A DNA stretch of 64,000 nt. Source: Salinispira sp. (lineage in GTDB: Bacteria > Spirochaetota > Spirochaetia > DSM-27196 > Salinispiraceae). The stretch lies in NCBI GenBank assembly GCA_965226555.1, contig CBDDDG010000010.1, forward strand, positions 352,001-416,000, in the 5' to 3' direction. Positions 60,384 through 64,000 of the stretch are shown one piece after another. The notes beneath the pieces were generated by a model. It made no database searches. It was not told the DNA's origin and saw only the letters and a program-made list of their open reading frames with translations. Both the position numbers and the translations under genes were made by a program. Every line of letters starts with the position of its first letter. The stretch's first letter is position 1.

Positions 60384-61412
60384 ATGATCGATTTCAAAGA
60401 AAAACCCGCCCCCATTCCCTACGACCAGGGATACCGCTCCCTGCTGTTCCAACCCGCAATAATGCTTCAATTTCTTCAACGCTTTGTCGGAGGCGCATGG
60501 ACGAAAAAATTGCGAATCGAGGACATAACCATCGAAAACGGTACCTTTTTCATCGATCATGCGAAAACACGGATGGCCGACATTGTCTGCAAAATCAGAA
60601 GTCGGGATCACACGGGAGATGTTGCTATCTATGTGCTCCTTGAGCATCAGTCCGGCGTGGACAAAGACATGCCCCTCCGCATGTCGGAGTATACGAATCT
60701 GCTCTATCGGAACATTCACCGCTCTGGAGCAATTCCCGATGACTGTGAATTGGTATTTCTTCCCATTGTGTTCTATAATGGAACTCGAAAATGGAAGGTG
60801 CCGGGGAATGTCAGAGAGCAACGGAAGCGGGAATTCCCGCAGTATCTTGCCCCCTTTCCCTACGATCTGATAAGTGAGAACGATTATTCTGCGGAGCAGT
60901 TGCAGCAGCGGGGAAGAATGTTTGCGGCTGTTATGTACCTTGATCTGTACTCGAAAAATCTGCTGAATACGGATTGGGACATTCAGAAGACGGAGAAAGC
61001 GATAGCAGAAATGCTGAATGAGGAATCGCTGGAGCTGATAGAGGAATTTATCGGCGTGGTAGATTCGATGTTCGGAATTGTTATAGATTTAGATACGTTA
61101 ATGAACCAGTTACAAAGAACAAAAGAACCGAGAGGTAAGGAGGTAGCGAAAATGTTCAGAATGAATGCGGAAACATTCAAAGCGCGCATTGCGGAAATGG
61201 GTCGGCAGGAAGGATTGCAGACAGGACTGCGAACAGGTCGTGAAGAAGGACTTCAAAAGGGGCTACAGGCAGGCCGCGCTGAGGGGCATATTGAGGAGCG
61301 GAGAAAAAACGCCCGCAGTATGTTTTTGGAAGGGTTGTCGACCGAGGCTGTTCAGAGAATTACCGGGCTGAGCGATGAGGAAATGCGGACAGTGCGGAAC
61401 GGATCGCATTAA
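60384..61412 (+). CDS. Rpn/YhgA-like PD-(D/E)XK nuclease (type A, copy 2), intact, with nested small ORF 61152-61412
   Basis: AGGAGG RBS + ATG 60384; Rpn motifs as copy 1; (x-x-x-G)n repeats and ITGLSDEE C-terminus. Confidence 0.9.
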   Translation: MIDFKEKPAPIPYDQGYRSLLFQPAIMLQFLQRFVGGAWTKKLRIEDITIENGTFFIDHAKTRMADIVCKIRSRDHTGDVAIYVLLEHQSGVDKDMPLRMSEYTNLLYRNIHRSGAIPDDCELVFLPIVFYNGTRKWKVPGNVREQRKREFPQYLAPFPYDLISENDYSAEQLQQRGRMFAAVMYLDLYSKNLLNTDWDIQKTEKAIAEMLNEESLELIEEFIGVVDSMFGIVIDLDTLMNQLQRTKEPRGKEVAKMFRMNAETFKARIAEMGRQEGLQTGLRTGREEGLQKGLQAGRAEGHIEERRKNARSMFLEGLSTEAVQRITGLSDEEMRTVRNGSH

Positions 61413-61675
61413 TTGACGTTGCTCGGCCTGCGCGCTAAAACTTTTGAGGAAGCGGAATACCGATGTGGATAGTGGTATTCTCCGTCGCGGATGCTTCAGG
61501 GACTGTACGTTTATTCTGTCAAAACCCCGTCAAAAAGTTTCTATTATTTTGAGATATTACTATTTGATCAGCCCGGACGCATGGGCGAGCAATCGAAAAA
61601 AAGGCAGGCACGGGGGCTGGTCGGCGCCCCGCGCCTGCCTGAGTTGAATTGCAATGTTTCAATAGCCGCTGGGGG

Positions 61676-63986
61676 CTATGGAGCTTCCCACCAGCTCGGC
61701 TCACTACCCGACAAGCCGGAATTGATGAACATACCTGCCCTCGATCCTTTATATTTGCCATCATTACCCCAGTTAGCATTACCCCATGGCATCGTCGTAT
61801 CCGGATTTGTTGCCCATGCGTCAATATTTTTATTGAATGCGGCTGCGTAACTGAACATATATGCCATATTCGCTACCGAACTGACATTCCAGCCAGAGAT
61901 ATCTTGATTGAATACGGCTGCGTAACTGAACATAGTGGACATATTCATTACCGAACTAACATCCCAGCTTGAGATATCGTGATTGAATATGATTGCATTA
62001 CGAAACATATGGCTCATATCCTCTACCGCGTCAGTACTCCAACCGGAGATATTGGCATTGAATACGTCTGCGCTATTGAACATAGCGGACATATTCATTA
62101 CCGAACTGACATCCCAGCCGGAGATATCGCTACTGAATGTGTCTGCGTTACTGAACATAGTGGACATATTCATTACCGAACTGACATCCCAGCCGGAGAT
62201 ATCCCCATTGAATGAACTTTTATTCTTGAACACCTCGGACATATCCGTTACTGCCGTGGTAACAATGTAGTTGAGATCGGCAGTTTGTCCCCAATTACTT
62301 ATTCCCGCAGCTACCGCGGCATCCAGTTCATCATTACCGCCATCATCATTAGCATTACCGCCAGCAGCAGTAGCATCGTTAGGACTCACGGTAACATAAA
62401 AATACTCGGCAAACAGTAGCGCATCTCCGGTTCCAATGCCATATACCACATATGTTCCTGCCGTTGTATCCGCAGCAACGGTAATAACTCCGGTACTCGC
62501 ATCAACTGTCGGCAAGGTGGCTCCTGCGGGCGCAGTTGCGGGGGGAGTGACCGCCGTAATGTCTCCTGATCCATCGACCGTGAGCGTGTTCGATTCTATT
62601 GTGGTCAATGAAACGGTTGGATTCTGATTGGCAATAATGGTATCAATATCAGCTGAAAGAATTGCGGAGGCTGCCGTACCCGCGGGAACCTGCGTTGCAA
62701 TAATCGGCACCATTGCTGTTGCGGGTTCAGACCACGGCCCATCGCCCTGCATGTTGACAGCGCGCACCTGTACTTCGTACGAAGTGCCGTTTGTCAGGCC
62801 TGTGATGGTGTGGCTTGTGCCAGTGACGCCGGAGCTTTCCGTCCATGTGGTTCCGCCGTCTGAGCGATATTGCACCTTATACCCGGTAATGGCACTGTCT
62901 CCAACATCGACTGGCGCTGTCCATGAGGCGTTAAGCTGGGTGTTTCCGGCTGTGAGTATGAGACCTGTCGGCGCATCGGGAACGGCAATTGGGGTTGCTG
63001 TGGTACTGTCCGACCAGTCGCCTGCGCCCGCGCTGTTCACGGCGCGCACCTGTACGACGTACGCGGTGCTGTTTGTGAGGGCTGTGATGGTGTGGTTTGT
63101 GCCGGTGATTTCGGATGCTTCAATTAATGTCCATGAGGTTCCGCCGTCCGAGCTATATTGCAGCTCATACCCGGTAATGGCCGTGCCTCCGTTATCAGTC
63201 GGTGGCGCAGCCCAGTTAACGACAAGCTGCGCATTTCCTACGTCAATAGTGGGAGCAGCGGGCGCGGCGGGAGCAACATCGGGAGTTGCTGTTCCCACTA
63301 TTGGGTTTCCATTTCCCTGCTCATTGACAGCGTATACCTGTACTTCGTACGAAGTGCCGTTTGTTAGTCCGGTAATTTCGAGAGTCAGAGTAGCGCCATT
63401 GGGGGTTGCAATGGGGTTTGGCGTCCACGCGTCGTGTGTTCCTGCTATGCGATGCTGTGCTTCATAACGAAGGATAGAGCTGCCGCCAATGTCGGTCGGC
63501 GCAGTCCATGCTGCGGTAAGTTGGTCATCTCCCACTGTGAGAACGAGATTAGTCGGCGCCATGGGAACAGTAACAGGGGTTGCGGAGGTAGATGATGGCG
63601 ACCATGCGCCCGCTCCCACATCGTTGACAGCGCGCGCCTGTACTGTGTACGGGGTACCGTTGTCCAGCCCCATAATGTCGTGGCTTGCGGCTGAAGCGGC
63701 GATTACATCGGTAACCTCCGTCCAGTTGGTACCGCCGTCCGTGCTATGACGCAGGTTGTACGCGGTAATGGCGCTGCCGCCATTGCTGGTCGGCGCAACC
63801 CATGTAACAGTTACTTGCCCGTTCCCTGCTGTGAGGGTTGGAGCAAGCATTTCACCCGGGGATGTTGCAGTATCACCCGGTACTGGTGTTGGTTCCGGCA
63901 TTGGACATCCAGAAATCAACATAATAAACATTGAGCAGAGAATGAAAAGGGTTACCCCCCCCCCAACTGTATGTCGTAATTTTCAT
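61676..63986 (-). CDS. Surface lipoprotein L5: 4 FN3 + 6 DUF285 repeats; frameshifted at a G10 tract in the signal peptide
   Basis: AGGAGGT RBS + ATG 63986 (MKITTYSW), G10 (C10 at 63955-63964) is 1 nt out of frame with VTLFILCSMFIMLISGC; ORF 63931-61676. Confidence 0.88.
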
Positions 63987-64000
63987 ATATGTTACCTCCT

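Noticed and set aside
62628..63467. Long antisense ORFs (also 23239-23973, 33664-34392, 18599-19315, 53067-53801)
   Set aside because: Shadow frames opposite well-supported genes, with no recognisable motifs

Overview
Genomic DNA from a spirochete (Spirochaetota; inferred from FlbB, FlbD and the Treponema/Borrelia-like flagellar gene order), possibly a marine host-associated lineage. 1-9.8 kb is housekeeping (fabG end, fabF, rpsI, rplM, UvrD/PcrA, HIT, RodZ, LolA). 12.7-40.8 kb is a minus-strand flagellar cluster from fliF to fliA/fapA, interrupted between fliY and fliO by a DNA methyltransferase cassette. 41-50 kb holds DsbA, rpsD, an HMA protein, a SPOR protein and ligA. 50-64 kb is a hypervariable locus of FN3 + DUF285/BspA-repeat lipoprotein genes alternating with Rpn (YhgA-like, PD-(D/E)XK) genes, one IS5 and one IS982 element. 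The main unexplained structure is a family of about 14 modular palindromic elements (AAAGTTTTGC...GCAAAACTTT hairpins with co-varying stems). They insert into rpn genes, flank the methyltransferase cassette, and sit at duplication breakpoints and at both ends of a probable 5.4 kb inversion. The rpn genes carry strong internal ribosome-binding sites for small C-terminal proteins (RpnS-like), which survive in the disrupted copies. Three of the five full-length lipoprotein genes are frameshifted at G tracts, two of them long tracts in the signal-peptide coding region. All calls come from manual reading and motif recognition; no database searches were run.
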